From the NCBI RefSeq assembly GCF_009914755.1, contig NC_060926.1: 64,000 nt of DNA, one strand, 5' to 3'. Shown here piece by piece: positions 1 to 12,290 of the stretch (its first letter is position 1; each line of letters opens with the position of its first letter). Position numbers and translations under genes: made by a program. Under the pieces are notes generated by a model. The model searched no databases. It was given only the letters and a program-made list of their open reading frames with translations, and had not been told where the DNA came from. This stretch comes from the human T2T-CHM13v2.0 reference genome, Homo sapiens.

Positions 1-759
1 GAGGAAGATCTAAACAATTTGTTTGCCTTTCTCTTCGATTATTTTTGGGAGAGATTTTGTTGTGCTTCCCAAGGAGGCTATTTTCCATTATAAATGATGC
101 TGCTTACAATAAGACTAAAAGCTTCATTAAGCTAAAAAAAAGAGGAAAAGGAAACAAAGTAGCTCACATATCAGTATTGCATGGAAGCAGTTCTGAAGAA
201 TACATTAAAGATAATGAGTATTAGGCTACTTAAATTATTTACAAGACTTCAAAAATTATAATATGTTGTCTGGAAATAGAAGTTGGTTCTCTGCCACATT
301 CTAGTCAGTTTCCTAGACTGTAGAATGATTGGGTATTTTCTCTGGGACCCCCACACTCAGGTCTAAAGGGGGTCCCTAAATGATTTTAGCTGAGGTAAAA
401 TGAATGGGCTTCAGTAAAATCCCACGTACTTGTGTGGAGGGTCCAGCCTTGTCCCCTACCACACTTTCCCCTTTTCTCTTAGAAGTCATCAGCTCTGTAC
501 CATTCTAAACTTACTCTGAGGATTGAAGGGCTCATACCTCCTGTAGGCAAAGATGAAGTCAAAAGAATGATTATTTAATGGCAGAGTTTTAGGCCGTGCT
601 CTACCTAGATCTATAATTCAACCTAGGTATGAAGGATCATCGAGTTGCCATTCCTCTTCTGTATGATTTGCTTCAGAAATAATTTTCACACCTGTCACTC
701 TTGTCTGGGTCAGAGAGTTGCAGCCAAGATCACATTTTAAAATCCTCCTGAAGAGTACA

Positions 760-930
760 GTATAGAGGAAGAGGGCTAATCTGGGAGTCAGGAGACTTCC
801 CTTGTCTCATTAACATTAGTAACTCACCACGTAGCTTTAAGGAAGTCTAGTCTTCTTTCTGGACATCAGTTTCTACATCTGTAAAATGAGTTTTATACCA
901 TGTTGGAAAGGATTGTTGGATTAGATTAAC
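760..930 (+). mobile_element. MIR SINE fragment
   Basis: Contains ggagtcaggagac and the MIR core catcagtttctacatctgtaaaatgag. Confidence 0.7.
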
Positions 931-1139
931 TATTAGGTTCATTCCGTGGAGCTTTGGTATAGAAACATGGGACTTTATTAAGATATATTTCAAATGTACA
1001 GAATTGTGTCCTTGAGGATAATAAACAACCATTACCAATATTAAAATGTTGCCATCTTTGCATCTGATTTTAATGTAACAAAAACTTTTGCTTGAAGCTG
1101 GAGGATGCTGGGCACCCACATCTGATCTCATTGTACATC

Positions 1140-2030
1140 CTTCTTTCTTCCCTTTCTGAAGGTAATTACTATTTTAAATTTTGTGTTTAGTATGACTGTA
1201 CATGGGTTTCACAGTTTTCAAAATATGTATATATTCCTAAACAATACATAGGATTGTTTTTCATGTTTTCCAACTTTACGTAAATGACATTATATTGACA
1301 TACTATTCTGCAACTTGCTTTTTTGCTCAATATTCTTGCATGTATTATGATTTTTATTATTGTAGAGCTACTTCATTTCTTTTATAATGACTACTACGGT
1401 ATATGATATTTCATTGCACAAACATACACAATTTATACAGCCATTCTTTTACTGATATACATTTGCATTGTTTTTAATTTTTCACGATTCCAAACAATAC
1501 TGCAATAAACATTCTTCTGTAGCAGTCTCTCTTACTGCATGTATGTGAGTGTTCTCTACATATAAAGCTGGAGGTGGAAATTGAGTAATTGGTTGTGTAT
1601 ATCATCAGCTTTACCAGAGTTACATAATACTCGAAAGTAATCACTTAAAACTCTGACAAATAGTATGTAAGATTTCTGGTTTCTTTTCGTCATTGCAAAC
1701 ACTTGACATTGACTTGCTGCTTTTGCCAATCTGTTGTACTTAAAATTATTTCTAATTTTTGTAATTTATGTTTCCCAGAAGACTTAGAAATGAAGTTGAA
1801 ACTGTGGTTGAGCATTTTTCCATATTTTTATCGGTCTTTTGGCTTTCCTGTTCTATAAGAAATCTATTGGTATCCTCTACTATTTTCTTTACTGGATTGT
1901 TTGCATTTTTAATATTGCTTTGTATGGGTTCTTTATACATTGTGGATATATATTTCACAGTAGCATGTGTTGAATGCTTCTGCTAGTCTGTAGCTTTTTT
2001 TAATCTTTGTGACATTTTTGTTTTTAATTT
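1140..2030 (-). mobile_element. Ancient L1 (L1ME/L1MC-like) 3' region
   Basis: T-rich antisense L1 3' sequence (tattctgcaacttgctttttt, gcaataaacattctt, gttgagcattttttccatatt). Confidence 0.7.
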
Positions 2031-2036
2031 AATCGG

Positions 2037-2572
2037 TGTGACAGATTGTATTTTCCAAAGATAGCCACAAGGGTGTCTGCTGTCCAACAGACTCTTCTAG
2101 AACTTTGCCACTCCCTCAAAAGATGGAACCTATGTCTCTTACACAGAAAATTGGGAGAGACCCTGTGACTGCCTTGACCAGTACAGTTTGGCAGAAGTGT
2201 TGTTAGGTGACTTCTAATGCCAAGTCACACACAAAAATGCTATTTCTGCCAGGTTATCTTGGAATACTTTGTCTTGGAATTCAGCCCTCATGCTGTGAAG
2301 AAGTGCAAGCGGACTACGGGGAGGCTGATGAGGCAAGGAACCAAGGCCCCTGGTCTGCAGCTCCAGCTGAGCTTGCAGCTGCCAGCCTGCATGAGCTCTC
2401 CAGCCTGTGAGAGAGCCATCCTGACAGAGGGTTACCCTCAGTCAAGTAGCACTAGATGTGGAGAAGAGACAAGTCATCCCTGCTTACAAGGCCTACTTAC
2501 ACTGCAGATTTGTGAGCATAATAAGCCATTAAGTTTTGGGTGGTTTGTTAATAAGTAATAAATAATTGATAG
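2037..2572 (+). mobile_element. MLT1 (MLT1F/G-like) MaLR solo LTR inserted in old L1
   Basis: Starts tgtgacagattgtattttccaaagat and ends taagccattaagttttgggtggtttgtta...aataattgataga, typical of MLT1 termini. Confidence 0.8.
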
Positions 2573-2589
2573 AGCCAGATATATCAGTC

Positions 2590-2635
2590 TTATCTGTTAC
2601 TGTGTCTATGTGTTATCTGTTACTGTGTCTATGTG
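2590..2635 (+). repeat. Perfect 23-bp tandem duplication (ttatctgttactgtgtctatgtg)x2
   Basis: Read directly from the sequence. Confidence 0.95.
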
Positions 2636-2659
2636 CATGCATACACACGCATGCATGTA

Positions 2660-4680
2660 TGTTCTTAAATTCTTTTCTATAATACCTCACAGCCATAAAG
2701 GTATGGATTTATCTTTTTATCTAAAAGTTTTAAAGTCCCACTCTTATCTTTTTAGTTTATTTAATACCGACATGAATGTATAGTGTGAAGTGGGGACATA
2801 ATTTTTTCCGTGTAGATAAATAGTTTTCCCAACACAATTGGCTAGTCTAACTATGGATTTTAGTGCTACCTGTGTTCTGTATACATTTCTGTATACTTGT
2901 TTTTTGTTTGTTTGCTTATTCCTGTGCTAATATCACATTGCCTTATTTGCTGTAGCTTTAGAGTCAGTCTCCACATTTGTCAGGACATGCTGCGTTATTC
3001 AGTCTTTTAATTCACAATTATTGTGATAACTTTTGGCCTTTTCTTCTTTAATATAAATTTTAATATTAGCTTGTTGAGTTCTGCAAAATATTCTGTTGAC
3101 GTTATTGATAGATTAATTTGGGAAGACTTGTGTATGGCTACATTCACTTAGAATTTTTCTATTATAAATGGCATATATAAATATTACATTTGAATTGTTG
3201 CTATTATCAAGGAATACTTTATTTTTTCATTTAGGTATGATTTACATGAATAAAATAGACCCATTTTAAGTGTGTGGTTTGTTGAGTTTTGAGAAATGTA
3301 TAAATTCCTGTAACAAACATCTTTATCAAGACCTCACTCTCATCCCAGAATGCTCTCATCCCTCTTTCTAAAAAATTCTTTCCCAGCCAAAGGCAGCTAC
3401 TGTTCTGGGCTTTATCTGTGTAGAGTAGATTTTTCTCCTCTTGATCTTCATGTAAAATAAATAATTCAGGGTGTATTTTGTTCAGTGCAGTTTCTTTCCT
3501 TCATTACAGCTTTTGTGAGATTCATCCATGTTGTCGATAACAATAGATTTTTCTATTTAACTAGTGAATAGTATTACATGGTATAAATATGCCACAATTT
3601 CTTTATACTCCTGTTTATGGGCATGTGGGTTGTTTTCAATTTGTGACTCTTATAAATAATTTTACTAAAGATATTCCTCTACAAGTCTCTATGTGGGCAT
3701 ATATTTTCATTTTTTCTTGAGTAAACACCTGGAATGAAATTGCTGGGACATAGGATAGGTACTTATTTAACTTTGAAGAAATTGCCAAATTGTTTTCTGA
3801 GTTGATTTTACTATTTAAATTCCCACCAGCAATGCATAAAAGTTTAAGTTGCTCCACCAACATTTGTGCTGTTAACTTTTCAGATTTTCAGCATTTTAGT
3901 GAGCATGCGGTAGCATCAAATTAATAGTTTAAATTGCATTTTGTTCTTATTACTGGTCACATTGAACATCTTTTTCTGTGCTTAAGTGTCTTTTCCAAAG
4001 TTTGCCCATTTTAAAATTTGGGTTATTTGTTGTTTTATTCTTGAATTGTAGGCTTAAAAAATACTATGTTCTGGATACCAGTCTTTATCAGATACATTTA
4101 TTGAAATATTCTGCCACTTTGTTTTCTTCATGTTGTTTTTCAAAGAGCAGATCTTAATCAGTTGACGGAATCCTATTCTTTTAGAGTTTAAGACTTTGCC
4201 ATGCTATCTAAGGAATTTTTGCCTATTCCAACATTATACATGTTTTTTCCTATATTTTCTTCAGAAAGTTTTAACATTCTAGCTTTTTATGTTTAGGTCT
4301 CTGATTTACTTCTCACTATTTATTGTGTGTATGAGGTGTGGTAAGAATCAAAGTTCGTATTTGTTTTAAATGAATATCCAGTTCTTTCAGCATCATTTAT
4401 TGAAAAAAAGCATCCTTTCAAATTGAATTACCTTGGCACTTGTTAAAAATCAATTGAGCATGTATGTATATATTTTTGGACTCTGCATTCTATTCAGTAT
4501 ATCTGTGTGGCCATCCTTATGCCACTACCAAACCATCTTGATTCCTTTAATTCTGTGTTAAGACTTGATAAAAGGTAGCATTAGTTTTCCAATTTTGTTC
4601 CTTTTAGAAGTTGTTTCGGCTAGCCTAGGTACTTTGTGTTTTGATGTAAATCTAAGAACCAGCTTCTCAATTTCTATTCC
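2660..4680 (-). mobile_element. Old L1M fragments; a second L1MB/MC-type 3' end starts near 3230
   Basis: Antisense L1 ORF2/3'UTR motifs (gagattcatccatgttg, ggaatgaaattgctggg, aatatccagttctttcagcatcatttattgaaaa). Confidence 0.75.
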
Positions 4681-4776
4681 TACCCCGAATATTAAACTAG
4701 CTGCTTAATACATTTTGCCTGTGTTCTAGTTGGTTATAGTGAGTGTGCAAGTTCTGTGCCATCCCCAGAATGAAGG

Positions 4777-5118
4777 TGTGCTGATTAAGTTTTATGTGTC
4801 GACTTGGCTAGGCTACAGTGCCCAATTGTTTGGTCAAACACTAGTTTAGATATTGCTCTGTGACTATTTTGTAGATGTGATGAACAGCACAACCGGTTGA
4901 CTTAAAGGAGATGACCCTTGATAATGTGGGTGGGTTTCTCTGAATCAGTTGAAGGCCTTAAGAGCAAAAACTGAAGTTTCCTGGAGAAGAAGAAATTCTG
5001 CCTTCACACTTTTACTCCAGCCTGCTGTACTGCTCTGTAGATTTCGAACTCAAACATACAACTTTAATCCCGTCTGAGTTTCCAGCCTGCCTGTTTGCCC
5101 TGCAGATTTTGGACTTCA
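4777..5118 (+). mobile_element. MLT2 (MLT2D-like) ERVL LTR, partial
   Basis: ttttatgtgtcgacttggctaggctac, ataatgtgggtggg, aatcagttgaaggccttaagagcaaaaactga, gaagaaattctgcc. Confidence 0.8.
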
Positions 5119-5220
5119 GAAATTGACTGATGTAGAAGGGAAAGAAAACTCTTACTTTTTAGTCATTCACATTTCATAGTAAGTTTTCCCATTGACTTAC
5201 TATTACGATAGTGCAATGAG

Positions 5221-5268
5221 CCATTAATTGATGGCAAAAACCGTGATTACTTTTGCACCAACCTCATA
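5221..5268. mobile_element. MADE1 (Hsmar1 MITE) half element
   Basis: atggcaaaaaccgtgattacttttgcaccaacct matches the Hsmar1/MADE1 terminal inverted repeat; only one arm is present. Confidence 0.8.
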
Positions 5269-5479
5269 TTAAGTGTGGCGTACATCTGAGGGAAACTTGA
5301 AAGATAAGCTTATATAAAGAAGAAAAGTAAGAAAACTTCATGGAAACTCCCCAGAAAGGGTAGTTTCTTGGTGTATGGAGCTACGGTTAAGAGTGATTGA
5401 AAATACATCCTCTTGGCAATGTGCATTTTACTAAGCATTTCACATAACTAATGATATTGCCTCTTTATGCATTGATACC

Positions 5480-5620
5480 AATTCTATGAGAGGCCCAGTG
5501 CTCGGAATACAGATACCCTCCAGGAACTCATGGTTTAATGAGACAGTCATATAAGCAGATAGCATGCCATGAGTGCTATGAGAGGGCTAAGTGAAGGTTA
5601 CCGTGGGAATACTTAAGAGC
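5480..5620 (-). mobile_element. L2 fragment
   Basis: ccctccaggaactcatggtttaatgagacag...agtgctatgagagg resembles the antisense L2 3' region. Confidence 0.5.
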
Positions 5621-6153
5621 CGTGGGCCATCCTTTAATTAGTCAAATACATGAAATGAGTTATTAGAAGTAGGAGATATTCCAGAAAGCAGGGAGCTGAG
5701 AAGATGGCAGAAAGCTTCAGCTTTGCCCCTGCGTATAGTGGACAGGACCAGGCCTTGTAAAGCTGGAGTAGCTCTCTGGAGGATGGGCTATATGTCACAG
5801 GAACCCTCCACTTTCTCACTTGCAAAATGTAGGATCTTCTTGGCTGTGGATAGTGTCACAGTGAGATGGCCCCAAGAGATTTATTTCCCTTGGGGAAATA
5901 TTCCTTGCTTATGTGTGGACCTGCAAAAAAAAGTCCGTGCCTGCCTACATACATATGTAGATACTTTGCATAGCAGAACTGATTTAGCACAGCTAGGAAA
6001 TTCTAATGAGACAAAACTTGTGGTTAGGATCTCACCAACTACATCTTCCCCTGGCAGCCATTCCCCATGGATTAATGAATGGGCCTTGGAGATGGTATCC
6101 CTGTGTTTTGGGGATGCAGTTGATGCTCTGAGGGCTGTGCTTGTGCATGCCCC

Positions 6154-6177
6154 TCACTTTTTGCTTCACTTTTTGCT
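6154..6177 (+). repeat. 12-bp tandem duplication (tcactttttgct)x2
   Basis: Read directly from the sequence. Confidence 0.9.
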
Positions 6178-6729
6178 TAGTTTACAATGGTGCATTTATA
6201 AGAGAAAATGAAAACTCAAGCCTGGTGTTGTGTTCCTAAAATCTTTGACTCAATTTCGAACTTGGCTGTCAGCCATGATGTAAAGATGATAAGCATCCTC
6301 AATAAGGATTTTGCAAATAAGAAGTAGACTTTCACTGGTGCTTTTGTGGCTCAGTTTCTGAATTTCTCATTTTTTAATTAGTGAGAAGTGGCAATGAGGA
6401 GCATGGAGAATACCTATTATTTCCTGGTCCAGAAGTGTGAAGAGTGTGGGAAAGTAAATAGCCATCACATCAGCCAATTGTAAGGAACAGTGCCTTCAGG
6501 GGTAAGGCAGATTTCAGGTAGAGGGAGAAGTCATAGGGAATACTCACTAAAAGGGCTGAGGATATCAGGGACGATGCTGGACTGCAAGTTCCAGATGGCC
6601 TGTGTAAGGGAATTGAGAAGGGGTAGAAGATGGGGTCAGACAATAGGATTTGAAGAGCCATAGAGAGATGAGGGATGACATGGGAGATTTAGGCCATTAA
6701 CCCAGTTGCTCATCCCAAACCTTGGAAAT

Positions 6730-7010
6730 ATCCTGTTAATCAGCAAATATTGTTAATTGTAATCTTAACATAGATCCCAAATCCTACTTCTTACCTCTTG
6801 TACTGTGACCTCCTTACTCCAAGCTGCATTTTCCCCTTGCCTGGACTTCTAACTTGTCTTTCTTCCTCCACTCTTGCCTTCCTTCTTCTTCTTCTCCATA
6901 TAGCAGCCAGAGTCTTGTTTTTTAAAGAAACATAATCAGATTATGTTTTTCTCTTTCTCAGAGGCCTCCATGGGATTCTCATCATGCTTAGAACAAATTC
7001 AAATTCTTTG
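6730..7010 (+). mobile_element. L2 (left part, interrupted by L1PA)
   Basis: agcagccagagt, aatcagattatg and cttagaacaaattcaaattc are L2 3'-region motifs; the element resumes near 9225. Confidence 0.7.
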
Positions 7011-8327
7011 TTAAAAACATTTATTTTAGGTTCAGAGGTACATGTGCAGGTTTGTTATGTAGGTAAACTAGTGTCACGGGGGCTTCTTGTGCAGATTATT
7101 TCATCACCTGGGTACTAAGCCTAGTACCCAATAGTTATAGTTATTTTTTCTTATCCTCTTCTCCCTCCCACTCTCCACCCTCAAGTAGGCCCCAGTGTCT
7201 GTTGTTTACTTCTTTGTGTCCATGTGTTGTCATCAGTTAGCTCCCACTTATAAGTGAAAACATGCAGTATTTGGTTTTCTGCTCTTGTGCTAGTTTGCTA
7301 AGAATAATGGCCTCCATCTCCACCCATGTTCCTGCAAAGGACATGATCTCATTCTTTTTCATGGCTGCATAGTATTCCATAGTGTATATATACTACATTT
7401 TCTTTATCCAGTCTACCACTGATCGACATTTAGGTTGATTCCATGTCTTTGCTGTTGTGAATAGTGCTGTAATGAACATATGCATGCAAGTGTCTTTATG
7501 ATAGAATGATTTATATTCCTTTGGGTGTATACCCAGTCATGAGATTGCTGGGTTGAATAGTAGTTCTGTTTTACCTCTTTGAGGAATCCCCACCCTGCTT
7601 TCCACAATGGTTGAACTAATTTACACTCCCACCAATAATGTATAAGTGTTCCCTTTTCTCTGCAACCTTGTCAGCATCTGTTATTTTTTGACTTTTTAAT
7701 AATTGTCATTCTAACTGGTGTGAGATGGTATCTTGTTGTGGGTTTGATTTGGGTTTCGCTAGTGATCAGTGATAGTGAGTTTTTATTCCTATGCTTGTTG
7801 GCTGCATGTATGTCTTCTTTTGAAAAGTGTATCTTTATGTCTTTTGCCCACTTTTTAATGGGGTATTTTTTTTTTTTTCTTGTAAATTTGTTGAACTTCC
7901 TTATAGATGCTGGGTATCAGACGTTTGTCAGATGCATAGTTTACAAAGTTTTTCTTTCATTCTGTAGCTTGTCTGTTTACTCTGTTGATAGTTTCTTTTG
8001 CTGTGCAGAATCTCTTCAGTTTAATTAGATTCCATTTGTCAATTTGTACTTTTTGTTGAGATTGCTTTTGGCACTTTTGTCATGAAATCTTTGCCAGCTT
8101 TTATGTCCAGAATGGTATTGCCTAGGTTGTCTTGCAGGGTTTTTCTAGTTTTGGGTTTCACATTTAAGTCTTTAATCCATCTTGAGCTGATTTTTGTGTA
8201 TAGTGTAAGGAAGGGGACCAGTATTAATCTTCTGCATATGGCTAGCCAGTTATCATACCACCATTTCTTGAGTAGGGTGTCCTTGCTCCACCACTTGTTT
8301 TTGTCAGCTTTGTCAAATATCAGATGG

Positions 8328-8372
<45 letters not shown>

Positions 8373-9224
8373 CTTTAAGTTTTAGGGTACATGTGCACAA
8401 CGTGCAGGTTTGTTACATATGTATACATGTGCCATGTTGGTGTGCTGCACCCAGTAACTCGTCATTTAGCATTAGGTATATCTCCTAATGCTATCCCTCC
8501 CCCCTCCCCCAACCCCACAACAGTCCTCAGTGTGTGAGGTTCCCCTTCCTGTGTCCATGTGTTCTCATTTTTCAATTCCCACCTATGAGTGAGAACATGC
8601 AGTGTTTGGTTTTTTGTCCTTGCGATAGTTTGCTGAGAGTGATGGTTTCCAGCTTCATCCATGTCCCTACAAAGGACATGAACTCATCATTTTTATGGCT
8701 GCATAGTATTCCATGGTGTATATATGCCACATTTTCTTAATCCAGTCTATCATTGTTGGACATTTGAGTTGGTTCCAAGTCTTTGCTATTGTGAATAGAT
8801 CAGATGGTTTTAAATGTGCAGCCTTGTTTCTGGGCTCTCTATTCTTTTCTGCTGGTCTATGTGTGTGTTTTTGTAACAGTACCATGCTGTTTTGGTTACT
8901 GTAGCCTTGTAGTATAGTTTGAAATTGGGTAGCATGATGCCTGTCACTTTGTTCTTTTTGCATAGGATTGCCTTGGCTATTCAGGCTCTTTTTTTTGCTT
9001 CCATATGAATTTTTAAATAGTTTGTTTTAGTTCTATCAGTAATGTCATTGGTCGTTTAATAGGAACCACATAGCATCTGTAAATTCCTTTGGAAAACATG
9101 GCCATTTTAACAATACCGATTCATCCTATCCATGATCGTGGAATGTTTTTACATTTGTTTGTGTCATCTCTGATTTATTTGGGCAGTGTTTTGTAATTCT
9201 CATTGTAGAGATCTTTCACCTTCC
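7011..9224 (-). mobile_element. 5'-truncated older primate L1 (L1PA13-like), ORF2 end plus 3'UTR, containing a nested L1
   Basis: 3' end tttattttaggttcagaggtacatgtgcaggtttgtta...caccctcaagtaggccccagtgtc, then continuous antisense ORF2 sequence to agatctttcacc. Confidence 0.92.
8331..8798 (-). mobile_element. Younger L1PA (L1PA3-5-like) 3' fragment nested in older L1; (TAA)13 tail; 12-bp TSD
   Basis: tactttaagttttagggtacatgtgcacaacgtgcagg 3' end; TSD atcagatggttt at 8319-8330 and 8799-8810. Confidence 0.95.
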
Positions 9225-9695
9225 AGATACCTACCAAGTCTTATATGGACTTCTGTACTCTGGCCCATAGCTGTCTTTCTGGCCTCATTTTCCACCATTC
9301 AACTCAATTACTGCTTCCATGAGCCACACCAAGCCCTATGCCCTCCTGATTTGGGGAGTCCTTGCCTCTCCTATATCCTCTATCTTAAAGGCTCTTCCTT
9401 CAGATATTCATGTGGCTCATGTACTGATTTTGTTTAGGTCTGTCCGTCTCATCTGAGAGCTTATCCTTGGCCACCAGGCTAAAATAACACCTTCTTACAA
9501 TTCCCTATTTCCTTATCCTGTTTGACCTTTTTTCCTAGCTCTTGACATGACAGAACACTATATTTGCGTATTTGCTTGTATACTGTTTACTCCGACTCTC
9601 TCCTCTCTTCATGAAAGTTCTATGCAGGAATTTGGTCACTGCTGAATTCTTATGCAATAAACAGTTTTTGAAAAAAATGAAAGAATGATTGAATC
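9225..9695 (+). mobile_element. L2a 3' end (right part)
   Basis: cagatattcatgtggctca, tgaaagttctatgcagg and the gaatgattgaat tail. Confidence 0.7.
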
Positions 9696-10899
9696 TAGAT
9701 TTGATAGTGTTTCCTAATATTTATATTTTAATTCTATTTGAATCTTGTCTCATGTCAAGGAGCTCCGTATGGAGACTCTTCATTTCTTTGCTTGAGGGAC
9801 CGTTTTCTCCTTTGTTATTTGACTGAGATTCATGTCTATCTGTGATTATACATTATCCTGTATTTCAATTTTTATCTTTCATTACTTCCCAACTGGAAGC
9901 CACTGATTACATATTTGCCTTGTTTATTTTTACTGCTAAAACTTTGCATGTCTGTGCCCCTACTTGCAAAATCTCTCTGGGACCTCCTTCCCTGTTGAAT
10001 TTCCTTTCATTACAGATATAAGATAGGCAAGGGGGAGAGGGTTGAATACTTTAGGATAATCTTAAAGTGAGGAATGCCACAGGTCTCTTAATTCTGGTAC
10101 TCAAATCTAGTCTCTCCAGTAGGATTTTTAACTATGCAAGGCACACCTCTTTATGTGGTAGGTTTTATAGAGCAGAAATAACTTTCATTCAATTTGTATT
10201 TTAGAGATTTTTTTTCCCATTTGCTTAATATCTTAATGCACATTAGACAGGGAAGGAATAAAAGAACTTCAGGATGGGTCTAACTTTGGACCATAATAGC
10301 CTACAAAAACCCCAACATTGTTCCCCTAGATATTGGCAGTGTTCCCCATAAGCCTCATTTTTCTAGAAAGACTGAATAAACTGATCAGATGTTACCCATG
10401 TGTGCCCACTATAAATATGCACAACTCTGTAATCCTATCATCACTGCTATTATAATCACCTGTACCTGAAAGTATACCTCCCATCATGGGCCCACTCTTG
10501 GGGGAAGTTTTATCTGTTAGGGAGGTCACAAATATTTTAATTATTAGAGGACCTGTCTTCAACGAGGTGTCATATTTGAACAAAGCTGTCATCCAGTAAC
10601 TGGAAACAAATGTCAATGTAGAATAAATTTGTTTTATAATTAGCATTCAATCTTTGATGTCAAATGGATATAATAATTTAATGGTAATAATTAGACTTTA
10701 TTGTAATTAGCTTAAAAATGATTGATACATTCAGAGCCATGCAAATTTGTGGAGAGCTGATTTTTAAAAATCTGTGTATCTTCCTTAGTTGAAAACTACT
10801 CTGACGATGTTGATTTTGGCCAAAATATTCTATACATTTAGTGCTAATTCAATACCATTTTCAAGTGTTTAAAATATTGACAAATTGACTTTTACTTTC

Positions 10900-12290
10900 T
10901 TCTTGAAGGAAAATTTAAATAATAATGGGCAGAAAATTTTTGGAAAAAAGCTTGGGGGGATATGCCCTACCAGATATCACAGTATACTGCGAAGTAAATG
11001 TGGTGGCAATAATATGGTACTGACATAGGAATATGTAGATAAATGAAAGAAAAGAGAAAATTCACAAACAGAGCCTAGTTTATATTAGAGTTTTATATAT
11101 GATGGAGCTAGCACTTCTAATCAATGGAAAAATGTTGATTTCTTAGTCAATGATCTTGGAAGAATTGGCCTGAGTTAGCAAGAAATCCATTTTACACATT
11201 AATAAAGCTCAGCTGGATTAAATATTAAATTTTTCAGAAATCCTATTATGAGAAGAACATTTCCTCTTAATCTTTTCAGTAGAAAAGCTTTTCATTGCTT
11301 GGCACCAAGGCCAGAAACCACAAAGGAAATGAACACAAATTTGACTTCATAAAATCTAGAATTTCTGTATGACAAATTATAACATTCATTCATTCAGTCA
11401 ACCAATATTTATCATGTATCTACTACCCACAAGGCATAAACTGGAACCATATATAGTTAATATGCCATACAATGAGTTAACATTTTAAAAGCATAAAAAA
11501 TTCCTACAAGTCAATAGTGAAAAGATGAACAACCCAAGAGAAAATGAGCAAAATACATGCAAAGGTAATTTATCAAAGTACAAAAAGGCCAATAAACAAC
11601 TGAAAAAATGTTCCATAGTCAAAGATGTAATTTAAAACAACAATAATATATAACTTTTCACTTATTGTCTTGCTAAAGATTTAAAGGATTGATAATATCC
11701 ACTGTTGATAAGGGTGTAAGCAAACAGGCATTTCAACTTCTGGTTTGAAAATACACATTGCACAGTTTTTAGAGAACAATTTTGCAAGACCTGACATTTA
11801 AAATTTACATCACTTTTTACTCAGCAATTCTATTTCTAGAAACAAATCCTAAAGAAATTACTGTTCAAGCGTGCAAGAATTTATGCAAAAGGTGTTTATT
11901 TGTAGCAATGTTTTTGCTAACAAAAAATGAAAATCACCTAAACACCTGTTTATAGAGATTAAACAAATTGTTACATCTATATGATAAAATTCTTTGAAAC
12001 TGTCTAAAATAAGGTAATTATTTGTGTACCTACATGGAAACATGCCCACAATATATTATATTAAGAAAGTCAGCTTTATAGTATAAAGAGAATGACCTCA
12101 TTTTAAGAATATGTGTGTATAGGCATTCAAAAATATGTATGAATATAGTACTACATAGAAACAGCAAAAAAGTGTTAGTGCTGATTGTCTTTGAAGGATG
12201 GAATTCCAGGGCACTTGTATTCACTTCCTTAAATATGTCAGTATCTTTTGGATTTACATAAATAAAGAGCATGCTTTTATAATAAAAAGG
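10900..12290 (+). mobile_element. Ancient L1 (L1ME-like) ORF2 end/3'UTR
   Basis: A-rich sense L1 motifs (gccctaccagatat, cagcaattctatttctagaa, ggtgtttatttgtagcaatgttt). Confidence 0.75.

Noticed and set aside
5723-6211. 162-aa ORF
   Set aside because: It has a non-ATG start and no recognisable domain; the length is compatible with chance.
7413-8963. Cluster of ORFs with L1 ORF2-like peptides
   Set aside because: These are frameshifted or antisense pieces of truncated L1 copies, not functional CDS.
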